A DNA stretch of 33,000 nucleotides, from positions 4,341,389-4,374,388 of the forward strand of contig CM121343.1 of NCBI GenBank assembly GCA_051530055.1, written 5' to 3'. A program made the position numbers and the translations under genes. The stretch's first letter is position 1. Every line of letters starts with the position of its first letter. The stretch is from Neoechinorhynchus agilis (lineage: Eukaryota; Animalia; Acanthocephala). The notes beneath the pieces were generated by a model. The model had not been told where the DNA came from, did no database searches, and saw nothing but the letters and a program-made list of their open reading frames with translations. Positions 21,013-32,970 of this stretch are shown piece by piece.

Positions 21013-22080
21013 TCATAAAATCTTCCCATCGCCCTTCTCATCTTCCCAATATAATCGTTCACTTTTAGCGAACATCCCCGAACATTTTCTCCATCCCAAA
21101 ACTCGAAGAGTGAGGGACTTCCCAGCTTTTTTGATTACGTGCAAATGCACCGGCGCCCGAAAAACAGCAACGGTCAATCTCGCAGCATTTCCACATAAAA
21201 CACTCTCCCAAATCAAGTAAATAATTATCGCTCGTCTCAACTTTAAACTCGTTTTAATCATTGCCAATCACTCATCCCAATTCAAATTTTCGATTCGCTT
21301 CCGGACTTGTCTCTTTGGGATGATCAATCGTTCTTGGGCTGGGATATTGACCTTTGTAGTTTTTCGGGCGCCCGTGGAGTGATAGGTCGCTTACCCTTCG
21401 AGTTTTTGGGATGGGGAAGATGTTCGAGGATGTTCGCTAAAAGTGAAGGATTATATTGGGAAGATGAGGTCTGGGTTAGGTTTGGAGGCGCGATGGAAAG
21501 ATTTTGTGATGAGTTTTATGTCCAAAATACCCTTCCCCACCTAATCTACTCCAACACTGGAAGCCTCCTCCCTAAACTAGATAAAATTTCACTGATTTCA
21601 TCTGCTTCAAGAGCTGTGGCTTACCAACGGCAATTCAACCATCCTTCTAGAGTACTCTTCCTTCAATGCACACCTTGAGGACCGTGATTTTTCCCGGCTC
21701 ACCGAATACCTCAATAAATTTTCAGCAAACAATCGAAACGCCTCTCAACCCTACCACCACAATTTTATCCATATTTTATTTCTATCAGGATAACACTCGC
21801 AATCCCAATTTCGTTTCATCCTTTCTCATCTTGCATCTTCCTCTAAATACGCTCCTTTTTCTGTACTGTTCAATCTTCTCGGATATCATAACCCGAAATG
21901 AACCTGAGGAAAGACTTAACCTCACAAACTCTCTTGATTTCCACCCGGCCAGACCCGTAACCACTCCAAAATCAACAAATCAATAACCACATTCATTAAA
22001 TCTATTAGTACTCGAGTGTTCATTGGGACCCAAAAGTACATTGTTTTTTCTATGTTGATTAATAAAACGTGTTATTGTTC
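21013..22080 (+). mobile_element. Second decayed LINE copy (same family as 11900-12730) with an inverted duplication of its upstream part
   Basis: PNQVNNYRS (RT NYRPISL-like) lies in the left arm and TLPHLIYSNTGSLLPKLDKI..SASRA after 21520. The 3' region is shared with 12300-12720. Inverted arms at 21037-21108 / 21396-21468, with further paired blocks out to 21013 / 21509. Confidence 0.6.
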
Positions 22081-22295
22081 TTACCAAAAGATTCTTTACT
22101 TGGTGAAGACCTAAACGCCTTAGCTATTGCACATTTGTCAATATTTTCCGTGGGATCAAGTTCCGTACTGATATCCTAGAATGGTTTCCTTATCTTTTAG
22201 AGCGTTCGGAAAGTCTACATTTAAGTTATATTGTTCATTTAATGCGGATTTAAAAGTAATCACAATAACAGTGTTTCTTCAATGCGACGAGTACC

Positions 22296-22357
22296 TTCTC
22301 GGCATTTCTCGGCATTTCCCGGCATTTCTCAACATTTCCCGACATTTGCCGACATTT
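22296..22357. repeat. 10-bp tandem repeat, about 6 copies
   Basis: TTCTC GGCATTTCTC GGCATTTCCC GGCATTTCTC AACATTTCCC GACATTTGCC GACATTT. Confidence 0.9.
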
Positions 22358-22506
22358 AAATGAGTACGTTTGCCAAACTCACCTCTGACTCGATCTTTTT
22401 AAAGCACGTGATCAAAGCTGAAAAGTTTACCCATTTACTGAGTTGTTCTTTTTTCAATGGGAGTTTAAACTTCGTTTACGCACTCATTTCTTCGTTTTAG
22501 GTTAAA

Positions 22507-23742
22507 ATGCATAATAAAAGTGAGAACGAAGTATGGCACCGGGAAGCCACAAAATCCAGAGAACTTCGCACAGGATGGTATGACATTCGAAAACACACCG
22601 CCAGGAGATTGCTTATTGGACAACATTATCAGCGAGAGGGTGTTGCCGCTGCTTCGTTAACTCATCGCATTGAAGAGGGCAATGTTCGGAATAGCCGTCA
22701 CTCACATACCTTGGATATGATCATTTTTATGCTAATATATTACATTTACGATACAATCAGATACGACCGTAATTGTATAAAAGCATCTTTGTGGGCACTT
22801 CGTAAACAAAATGGAATTGTAGCTGATCATTTGCTCACTATAAGGAAGTATTGGTATAAAAGTGCTGATATCTGCCTTACAGCTTTGATAATTCATGAAA
22901 TACGCACGATTATATCCTTACGGCATATGAACTCATTACCACGATCTTGGAGATGTGATATTCGAAACTGGCTTATTTCAAGTTTCACGTCTTAAAAACT
23001 TATTCGCTGCTTTCTGATCGCTCCATCGTTAACGATTATTCAAATCACAATATCGAACGTAAAGAATGTTTTAGTATGTCTTCTAGCATGTATTGTTTAT
23101 ACGATTGTGGACGTTAAATCAGCATGGACCGTGACTCCTATATCTAAATACGATCATAAATGTTCCAGCGACTACGATATAAGACTGGAGAACAGTTTAT
23201 TGTGGTACCGTCTTATATTAGGTTTGCTCCAGGCTATGATAGACTGCCTTGTCGTCGCTGTGGTAGTTAACCACAGACCACCCATTTTATCGGCTATTTT
23301 TGTTTCAATTTTTATCTCGTCGTTTTGTAATTATGTTTCACGGGACACAATCACAAGCTTTGAGAAAAACTCCCTCCATTTGGGAACTTGGATATGGCTC
23401 TACAACAAAAGCAAAAGTCCGCCGAAATGGAGCAGTCTAAAGAGTTATCGACAAGGTGCCATTGTCAGATACCGAGGACGTTTATTTGTTGCAAGAGATG
23501 AATACAATGCAGCTGAACCAGGGTGCTTTCAACATTATCTATCGAGACAGTTATTCAGAAACAAGTCTAGACTCTATGAGTACTCGTTGGTGATTTTCAT
23601 TGTTGTACTCATCAAACAAGTAACCTCTATTTTATTTTGTTTTGACTACGCCACGTTGAACGTTCAAGTACTAATGTTATTTCCTTCGTTCATAACTTTA
23701 TACAAACTTACTCATCTGTGTTCATTAAATGATCGACTCTAG
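22507..23742 (+). CDS. TMEM39: Transmembrane protein 39 (TMEM39/SURO family); one in-frame TAA at 22993-22995 unless removed by an intron
   Basis: The two track ORFs (22507-22995 and 23107-23742) are in the same frame and separated by a single TAA. The C-terminus HLGTW..KWSSLKSYRQGAIVRYRGRLFVARDEYNAAEPGCFQHYLSRQLFRNKSRL matches TMEM39A HLGKW..[71 protein letters not shown] matches [20 protein letters not shown]. Confidence 0.85.
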
Positions 23743-25191
23743 TTTGTGTTGGACGGCAAAAGGTTTTTGTGCTTATCAGATTCGGATACTAAATTTTTGA
23801 TTTGAATTAAAAGATAATCCAAGGTCTCATCAAAGGAAATAAAAAATACATAAAATTCGGCACAAAAACTTTTGAAACATTAACAACAAAACATAAGACG
23901 GCCATTATGAATAATAAGAAATTAAGGCACGTTTTCCATTCAAAGGGTTCTTTATTCAATTTAAATTTCAAACATGATTTAGAGTTTGAATTAAGTGCCA
24001 CCTTCTTCGGGTTGCATTATTTTCATTTCAAGTTCCATTAACAATTAAGTTGAAAAAATATACTTGCAAGTTAATTTCCACTCGTTTAAATTTCGTTCGT
24101 CGAAGTTGCTTTCATCAAAATAACCAATAATTTGAATTGTGGGTTAGATTTTAACAGATTAAATAAAATATCAAGCGATAATTTACGTACGATTCAATAT
24201 ATTTGCAGGTTTTGACTAAACATGATCCACTGTCGATATGTGAGGCGGTGCAAGGGTATAAGATTAGAAGTCTTGATTAAATACGTTTTGAACCTCGTAG
24301 GGTACTGATGATGAACCCGAAATCAAAAAGATTTTGATTGTAATGTTGCTCAAACGTTTCCATTGCCACATTTTTTCACCTATATTAGCGGCCATGCTCA
24401 TGACAGTTATGAACTTAACGATATGAGTTAGTATTTGCGTACCAGTTATGCAAATTCAGAGTGAATAAGATGATGACAAAGCGATTTAGGTGATTTCATC
24501 ACGCTATTTAGTTCATCAAATGGGATTCTGATCTTGACGAGTATTATCGGAAAAGACTTAAGTGCTTTCCAAACTGCCATTAATCAAATAAAACGTAATT
24601 TAAGGTGTCTTTTGCTGAATTATCTGTGAGGATCCATTCGAGGACACATTTACCAAAAAACATAAACATTCTCTGTGAGCTATTTTGCCTCCTTCCTGTC
24701 CGAATTACACAATTATCGAACGGCAAATCTGATGGGTTTGCATGGTTCAAAGGGACGAAAACCTACGCTCCTGCAATCATTCCTGGAATTCGGAACCAAT
24801 ATTTACAGCTCGAGCGAAAATTACATCCATGTGAGTGGCACCATTATTTTTGACACGAAAATTGTGGCATGACCTTATCTCATCCTTTAGCCGACTAGCG
24901 TGCCCTACCTGTAACCAGAGAAATTCCATTTCGCTTCCTAGACTCCGATCGTATAAAAATCCTGCATTTCCGCATATCACTGACTTTCTACATTCCTTTC
25001 CTTTATCGCGTTTGTTTCAGGCGGGCACATTTGTGCACAATGCATAAAAAATCCCGTCTATTTTTGGCTCATTATTATTCTTTTATCTTTTACTTGTCTA
25101 TAACGCTTCCCTGTCCGCCGGTCACGCCCACCATCTCATTCAAAATCTATAAAAAAGAGCTCGAATGTTATTGGCATAGAAAACACATTGG

Positions 25192-28100
25192 ATGTTGATG
25201 GCAGAATTTTTACGGCGCTTCCTCGAAATTCACCAATTTAAGCTTTTAATGCTATGCCTCATCACCTCAGCGTTGATGAGACCGGTGAGTATTCAAAAAA
25301 TTGCATTAATTTAAACTAGTTTAAAAAATCTCGTCCAAAGCACCCTTGCCTGCTTGGCTTCATGGATATTACAATGATGTTCGTTGTATCATTACTTGAA
25401 GGACGTCCTGTCTTACTACTTGCTATTCTGTACCAAATGTTTGTTGGCGTTATGCTCTTACACACAGCAACCTACATCAATTCACTTCGAAATTGGATCA
25501 TTAAGCTCATATGTCAGGTGAGCTTATTTTATGAAAAATGGCTTGAAATCTAACTCCTAGCACATTGCATCATCCCCCCAAGTGGATTGTGTGCTGTTTA
25601 CCCGCGGCAATGCTACAATTTCACTTTCGTCGCTACTCCAGTGGATCGGGTTCGACAAGCAGGCAGCAATACTCCACGCTGTAATGGTATTTAACACAAC
25701 TATCACGGAATTCTGGTGTATAGACGCTTAAAACATTCGATTTAGCCATCATGCCTTGTACTTTGCGCTACCATTTTAATAACTTGGTCTCGGTACACTC
25801 AAATGCGCACTCGAAGGCAAATGAGTCTGAGGGATTTTCCCGATAAGAGTTTTGTTTATGCGGAGCCGCGATACTCACTGGCGTTTCCATCGAACGCTAT
25901 TCAAGCAGCTGAAAAATCGCAACAAGAAAATCAAGACGAAAGGAGGGGAAGACCAAATGAATTTCTCATGGATATTCCATCGTATGAACATACCGATTCG
26001 ACCGTTAAAACCTATCTTAAGTTCTTAATCAACTTTTTCTTTTATCGATTCGGCCTCGAGGTATTCAAGTTTTCCTTCTAACTTCGACTAAATTTCATAC
26101 ATATATGAAGGTAATAATCAGTGCTCTGATCTTGATCGCATCAATGCGAGTCGACTGGATCGCACTGCTCTACATTTTAATGGCTTGTCTTTGTATATTC
26201 ACTAAAAGAAGGAATTTAGCCAAAATGTGGAAATTACCAATGCTTAATACTAGTTTTATTATTTGTCTTGAGTACATCTATTGGATGGGTATACCCACGT
26301 TTGGTCGTAAGTTAAATTTAATTACGCGTTTAATACATTTTGACCTTTTACCGCAACAAGATGTCTCTGAAAATTTTCGATTACTCATAGATAAAGGCTT
26401 TTTAAGTATTAATAGAAAGATTATATTTGGTAAGCGAATTAGTCAATTGTGTGTATTTAAACGGTTCCACCCTTAAAGTCGACTGTTTTTTATTCCTATT
26501 GCTCAAATGCCAATCTCATCAATTCTCGGCGGAATTTACTTCCTCTCTTACATTGTATGCCGGAAGCAATGGAAATGGACATTCGGAATATTCAGTTTTT
26601 GACTTTACGGATGCCACGAGGTAAGCGCAAGATGTTCTTTGATAGCAACAGCATCTTCGAACTCTCGAAATTTTTAAGGAGCTCAATTGACCTTCTAAAA
26701 CGAATTATATTCTCACATGGTCTCATATTTTCCATTCTCGCATTATATATCGCCGGAACTATAAGCTCAAGTGTTTTCAGTCTCATATATCTCGCATACA
26801 GTTTCCTACTTCTGTATGCTGGAACCGATTTGCTGCTGTATGCGTCCCCAAGATTAAAACGGGCATGGAATCTTGTATTAATAACTTGTCTATTAATAAT
26901 GTTTATGAAGATATTTCTTTATGTAAATTTAGTTTTCATTATAACAAACCCAAATTGAGTTTTTAGACACTTTCATGTGCGTTTACGGATCGTTGGTTCT
27001 CCGTGATTTCCGGTTACCGATGCTATAAACATTCTAGGAGATACGAAAATGGTTGTGTATATCCTCAAATCATTAACCCAATTTTTTAGGTCCCCCTCGA
27101 GGTGCTAAAGCATTGAAACACTTGAATAAGTCAAAGATATTCGTTGATGCTATTTGTCTTATATTAATCACAATACAAAAAAGGATTTTCAATAGTCAAT
27201 TATTTCAGCTCGTCGTAGAAGATCTTAGAGCAGCTTCACAGTTAACAACAATGGGAGCCAAAATTTACAACGAATTAATTGCGAAACGCTTAGCAGCTCA
27301 TTATGAAATCGAACAACTGAAATTTAAAGAGATCAGCAAACGATTGCAACAAATCAAAGACGAGCAGGGCGATGCGTCTCTTCAGTTAAAGCTGCATGGT
27401 GGACATAGAAAAATCGAAAAAGTGAGTCTCTTTAAAGACAAATACCGAGGTTCAAATCAGAAACCCATAGAACGAAATGATAGCATTCGTGGAGAAATCT
27501 AACACAAGCCATCCATCGCCTACTGATGAAGCCAGCTTAAAAAGAATATCCATATTTTCGGTATCGAGCTGGACCGATTTGAGCCCAGATAGCTCCGATT
27601 ATTTATCAGCACTGAATGATTATAAAGAAACTCACTTCCAAGAGATATTCAAAGTATTAACTACGGACCACAGTCACAACTTCTGCAAGTCCATTATTTA
27701 ATTTTGCAGTAATTTTTAAGATTCTCACTTAGATTCATCGCCCATAATGCGTCACCTCCAGTTTCTCTACAGATCGATCGCTACCATGACTATTTCTTAT
27801 CTTAGAGAAGAATCTCTTGTTTTACTGAAAATTGATGAAGATCTTGCTGCAGAAAAACGGCGAATAAAAAATCTGAAGCTTCAAAAAGTTGCGACACTAC
27901 CTGGGAGGTCATCTACAGTACTCAAGAATTCACTTCTTCATGAAATCTTACAATGCTTTTACTTCTACTTTGCCACTTATTCAGCGGAGATTTGCTACGT
28001 CTTAATGACACTGTGCCACACGATTTCTGGATCGGTCTTATCGCTTCCACTACCGTTTCTGGCGTTTTTATGGGGAATGCTTTCCATTCCCCGACCTCCG

Positions 28101-30869
28101 ACCATTTTTTGGACGATTGTAATAGGTTATACACAGGTAAGAAAGGATAATCTTAGTTGTCTTAAAGCATTTTGTTCAGGCCGCGATCCTTCTTAAATAC
28201 ATAATAAAGTTTGTTTTCAGTCATTGGGGAATAATGAGCACTGTACTGATGGATACTGCACCAATGTCCCTTGCAACTTTACTCGATCTCAAATTGTCCA
28301 AACGGAGCGGTCAGACCAGTATGTGGCAGCTATCGCAATTCATGGATATTATATTGCTGATTACTCTATTTTTCCATAAAAGCACTTTGCAGGTGAAAGA
28401 TCTTTGGATATTAATTCACGAACTTAAATTATTTTCAGAGGTTTTACTTGTGGGGCACTAATAAGTGCAACGAGAAAAAAGGAAACAGTCAAAATATTCC
28501 AAGGTCTTTTCCCCGTTAATTCTTATATATGCATGATTCCTCTTTAGGCAAGGCTTCTCTGCAACATTTAAGAATCAAATAAATAATTGCCTCCGAAATC
28601 ATTTGCCTGCAAGCGATTATTATAGTCAAATGTTTTACTTTGATCTTATCGGAATGATTATCGTAATTATGTTCTATAACAGTTTTGGGGTAAGCTGTTG
28701 CTTTGTAAAATCGTATCTCTATCGTCGCCACAGGAATCGTCAAGGACCGATGTCGTTCAAGCACTGAAGGAAAACAAGGTAAAAGATTCAAAAATTTATT
28801 TAAAACGACAATTTCCAGCCTGAAGGTCCCAACCGCGTTCCTTGTATTGATATTTGTGCAATTCATCTTTATTCTTATCGATAGAGCCATTTATTTGACG
28901 CGAAATCGTCTGATGAAATTGATATTTTTGATCGTTCAAGTAATTATTGTGCATCTATGGCTCTTTTTCGTTTTACCGATAATGAAAAAAAGGTTGGTTT
29001 TGCATGGTTGAAAAACCTTTAATGATTTCTTTATTAAGGGGATTCGTCCGTAATCAAGCGGCTCAATTGTGGTATTTAGTAAAATGCGCGTATTTTGCTA
29101 TATCAGCGAAGCAGTTTAAAAGCGGATATCCTACTTCCACAACTGGGTCTGTATTCTCTCAATCTTATGACCGACTGAATAAATATTTATATAAATTGTA
29201 AGTTAAATATATGTGCATAAAGTCAAACAACTTTTTTTTGTTGTTGTTGTGTCAGATTGTTAGCCGTTCCGTTCATGTTCGAAATCCGTTCGTTGATGGG
29301 ATGGATTTGGACGGACACTTGTTTAAATCTATCGAATTGGATTTTAGTGGAAGATATTTATTCTCATATTTTTATTCTTAAATGTGAACGCGACATTGAA
29401 AAGGTGAAATGCATTTAATAATTATATGTGCTAGTTCGTTTTTTTTAACATCAGTTGCATGAGCAGTCACATTCAAAACAATCGTCGAACAAAATAGCAA
29501 AGATGGAAAAGTTAAAAAACGGAGGATTGTCGTTCATAATTATCATTACGATAATTTGGTTTCCTTTGATGCTGTTTTCATTTTCGTCATCTTTCTATCA
29601 AGCCAATCCACCTACTGTTGTTGACATCAATATGCAATTCGTGCCATATCCAGTGAGTTCATTTACTCCATCTAAATGGATCGCTTTCATAATATTCATG
29701 TCCAATTTTCAGTCAATATTTAATTTTCATATAGAAAATAGTTCCATTCGCTCACTTACAAAGAGGGAGTACTCTCAACTAGGCCAATATTATATTTTTG
29801 AAAAGGTAGGTTTCAAATTCAAGTTTAATTTTACTTGAGTTATTGTAGCAAGCAAGTGAATTCCTTCGAGATTTTCGACGTTTGGATATATCAAAAGTAC
29901 AAGTGTCGATGGATAGCGTTCTTCAATGGCCGATTTCGCCAATAGGAATTAAGGGCTTGATTGATGATCTCAGAAATCATTCATTGGTCCATCGTTTTAA
30001 GTGTGACATTTACAGGCACCAACAAGACGACGATGGCGTATTTCCGGCCTGGAGAAAAGTCACTTTGCAACGTGTAATCGAAATCAATGACGGTCAACTA
30101 ATTAAATCTTTACGGATAATGTTACTGAGCTCAAATCAAACTGGTAATCAGAACATGTTAGTAGCAACCAAAACCCCAAGTTCACTTCTAATTCTTTAAA
30201 CATCATAGAACTCTTATGAATGCAATTCCGAAATTCATTTACATGAAAGGTAACAGTGAAGCGACTGAAATTGAACCTTTAAGAAAAGGCAAGATGGCAT
30301 CTTCTAATCCGCTCTTACAAGGTGTTCTTCTAGTCGGACGATACTACATAAATTTGACCTACATTCTCCATAGACGGAAGGACATATATTTCTGGCAAGT
30401 TTACGACAAATCTTTACGTGATCCATCTACAAATGAAGGCGGTAGTTTTGAATTCAGAAGGTCATAATATTCTTAACCAAGAATTTAGTCTCTGAGAAAA
30501 ACCCGGATCATCGATCGTTTGAGTTCTACATATTTACCGATCGCATTTCGCCTGATAGCATATCTTTTATTACAAAATATGGGTAAGTCTTTAAAAAAAG
30601 TCTTTAATAAATGGCGTAGGATTTTCGGCATATATACAACATTCGTTCTGCTCGTTGGGAGCGTGATCAGGTCGATGACTCAGAAATCCACTCAAATAAT
30701 GTACGAGGAATTGCCAAACGTCGACAAACTCCTTCAGATTTGCCTTGATATATACCTCGTGAGAGAGAAAAAAATGTTCAACTACGAGGAACGACTATTT
30801 TCACAGCTAGTTTTTATATACCGGTCACCTGAAACCTTGATTGACATCACGTCTGAACCCAATCATTAA
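25192..30869 (+). CDS. PIEZO: Piezo-type mechanosensitive ion channel, about 20 short GT-AG introns; 5' end uncertain
   Basis: EFLRRFLEIHQFKL, LQWIGFDK, FFFYRFGLE, VDCFL, SLPLPFLAFLWGMLSIPRP, VPTAFLVLIFVQFIFILIDRAIYL, WYLVKCAYFAISAKQFKSGYP, VPFMFEIRSLMGWIWTDTCLNL, IIWFPLMLFS and the pore region GIYTTFVLLVG..IMYEELPNVDKLLQICLDIYLVRE..LVFIYRSPETLI. The exons join through canonical introns by hand. Confidence 0.96.
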
Positions 30870-31590
30870 TGTTCGTTCATTTTGCAACAAAGATGTTTCC
30901 TGTATGTCGCCCGTACTGCTTTCAGCGTTTGATAGATTTGGGATATCGGTCGAGTATGACCAATAATTTAAAATTCTGACAATCTTTTCACTTGGGAAAT
31001 GTTGACCAACAATGCGGTTTACAACGATTAATCAATGAAAATCTAAGCAGAAACACTTTTCTATTTGAAATCAATTTTTACTTTCTGCGGTCTAACTCAT
31101 GTTAACCGAAATTTTGAACTGCTGTGAGTTTATTACCAATAAAATGTACCGACGAAAAGATATACGGATTTAATGTTGATATCTTAAAGAGTTCACGAGT
31201 CGTGCTTTTCCAAAACGATTAAGAGTGCGTTCCTGAGTTTCATAAATTCTCTACAATACGACCACGCTACTCTTTTGAAAGCGGTCGCTATAATCCAAAT
31301 CGCTTCCTACTTCTTTTTTTTTAATTCGGGTAACAGTGAGTGATTTCATGTCTAATCTAATGCATCAAAATTTAATATGTGTGATTTATCCTCTTGGCTT
31401 TAAAATAGCCAAGCTTGCAATCTTGCCATTTAGGATGGCCTCAATAAAAAAGCTTAAAAGTAGTCATTCCACTTTAAGCTTCATTTTTACATAAAAGATG
31501 GTCTCAAAATACTCTCCTATGGCGTTATGCGCTACATTTCAGCAGTTTATGAGAGATTAGTCGAATCACTCTAAGCAACTACGAATTTAG

Positions 31591-32733
31591 TTATATTTGA
31601 CTATCGAAAGAGGGCGGTAGGAACAATGATAACATTCTCTTTCTGAGAGCGGATTGCCACCACTGATAAGACGGAGTTGTGATTGTCATCAAGTTGTACC
31701 AAGCGTTGAAACTGAACGCAATCGTGTAAATCAGAGCCCTCTTCAGAGTCTCATATTTTCGATCACATTGCGTATCGATTTGATAGCGATAAAGATAGGC
31801 ATTTACAGTGACTAACAAGATTGATGTGACACATCCTAAGAGGTTGCTTCCCAAGGAAAGCAGAGCTGGTCTGATACGCACGAACCACTGACTTCGAGAT
31901 AAGCTCGTCTTCACTTGTCCAAGGCAAGTAATCTTTGTATAAATGAGACTTAGAGCGACTAATGTACCAACTGAATAGACCACAAATGCTATAGCCGGGA
32001 TAAAAATGGCATCGTGTGTGAATCCATCAACGTAGTAGTGATGTATGCCGTAGCCGATTTGGACTGTAGTGTTTTTATATTGCCAATAGACACAAATGTC
32101 ACTTGAGTACAGTGTAAACAAGTTCCAAGCTAAACACATAAAGAATGTGGCGGTACAGACAATCTTGGCTTGGCCAGGATGCATCCGTTTACAGGATCTT
32201 CTGGTGACATTAGCTTTGAGTTTGGCGATAGTTGACCAAAGGCAAATGAATGCGATCGATGAAAAAAGTACATTGTCGAAATACGACGATATTTTATTGA
32301 TCACTAGAGTAGTCTCGGATTGCGGGACGCGTGTTCCCGTCACTGTCAAGTATATTCCTGAGTTGATCATAAAAAAAGCAGATAGTTGAGTGAGGTAAGC
32401 TAAATAGATGGAAAAGTAAGCAACTCGCATGTTGTCCTCGTGATAAACGAAATGTCCTAAACAAGCGGACACGATGCCGAGGACGGTCGTCAGTATAGAG
32501 AATACCAGAAATATGTTTGATAAGGCTGCTGAATCATTGCATGTGTCCGATCGAGTTCGGCATACCGGTAGCAGAAAAGATATATTGGTAGTTGCAGAAA
32601 GGAAGACAAGTGTTTGTGGTTTCTTTACTTCTGCGCGATTAACAATTGGAAGTGTAGGCGGCAGCGGTGGTAGTGGTGGTGGTGGCAGTGGCGGCGGCGG
32701 CGGCGGCGGTGGTGGTGGTTTCATATTGTTCAA
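31591..32733 (-). CDS. Divergent intronless seven-transmembrane (GPCR-like) receptor with a polyproline N-terminus, 380 aa
   Basis: Seven hydrophobic segments with GPCR-like spacing (NIFLVFSILTTVLGIV, YFSIYLAYLTQLSAFFMI, VLFSSIAFICLWSTI, IVCTATFFMCLAWNLF, IFIPAIAFVVYSVGTLVALSLIY, LLSLGSNLLGCVTSILLV, ALIYTIAFSFNAWY). No DRY or NPxxY motif, so the family is unassigned. Confidence 0.7.
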   Translation of the reverse strand: MNNMKPPPPPPPPPPLPPPPLPPLPPTLPIVNRAEVKKPQTLVFLSATTNISFLLPVCRTRSDTCNDSAALSNIFLVFSILTTVLGIVSACLGHFVYHEDNMRVAYFSIYLAYLTQLSAFFMINSGIYLTVTGTRVPQSETTLVINKISSYFDNVLFSSIAFICLWSTIAKLKANVTRRSCKRMHPGQAKIVCTATFFMCLAWNLFTLYSSDICVYWQYKNTTVQIGYGIHHYYVDGFTHDAIFIPAIAFVVYSVGTLVALSLIYTKITCLGQVKTSLSRSQWFVRIRPALLSLGSNLLGCVTSILLVTVNAYLYRYQIDTQCDRKYETLKRALIYTIAFSFNAWYNLMTITTPSYQWWQSALRKRMLSLFLPPSFDSQI

Positions 32734-32900
32734 TGAATTTTCAAATGGATCGTCCTTTGAGTACCACGAGGCACGAAATTATTGATACCGTTCACTAAGC
32801 GTCGTACATTTTGTGGGTGTATTTCAAGAATGGTGATAGTAAACGAAACGCAAAAGGATCCCGTGTACTAATGCGAAAGTGAAATCAGCACCAATGGGAT

Positions 32901-32970
32901 GCAGCAGCAGCAGCAGCGGCGGCGGCGGCAGTAGCGATCATCGCGTTATGTGGGAGTATGTGAGCGATAT
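32901..32970 (+). promoter_or_regulatory. (GCA)n(GGC)n-GCGATCAT tract followed by a donor-like GA|GTATGT; possible non-coding first exon of a gene beyond the right edge
   Basis: GCAGCAGCAGCAGCAGCGGCGGCGGCGGCAGTAGCGATCATCGCGTTATGTGGGAGTATGTGAG resembles the tract upstream of LUC7L3. Confidence 0.3.

Noticed and set aside
21270-21297. ACTCATCCCA..TTTCGATT resembles my recollection of the Oikopleura spliced-leader start
   Set aside because: It lies within the LINE-derived inverted repeat, has no following donor or Sm site, and short matches are expected by chance.
22993-22995. Alternative nuclear genetic code (TAA or TGA read as sense)
   Set aside because: LUC7L3, VAChT, Piezo and the 7TM gene end at TAA and ChAT and TMEM39 at TAG where homology ends. 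The other in-frame stops fall in introns, the ChAT insert or decayed elements.
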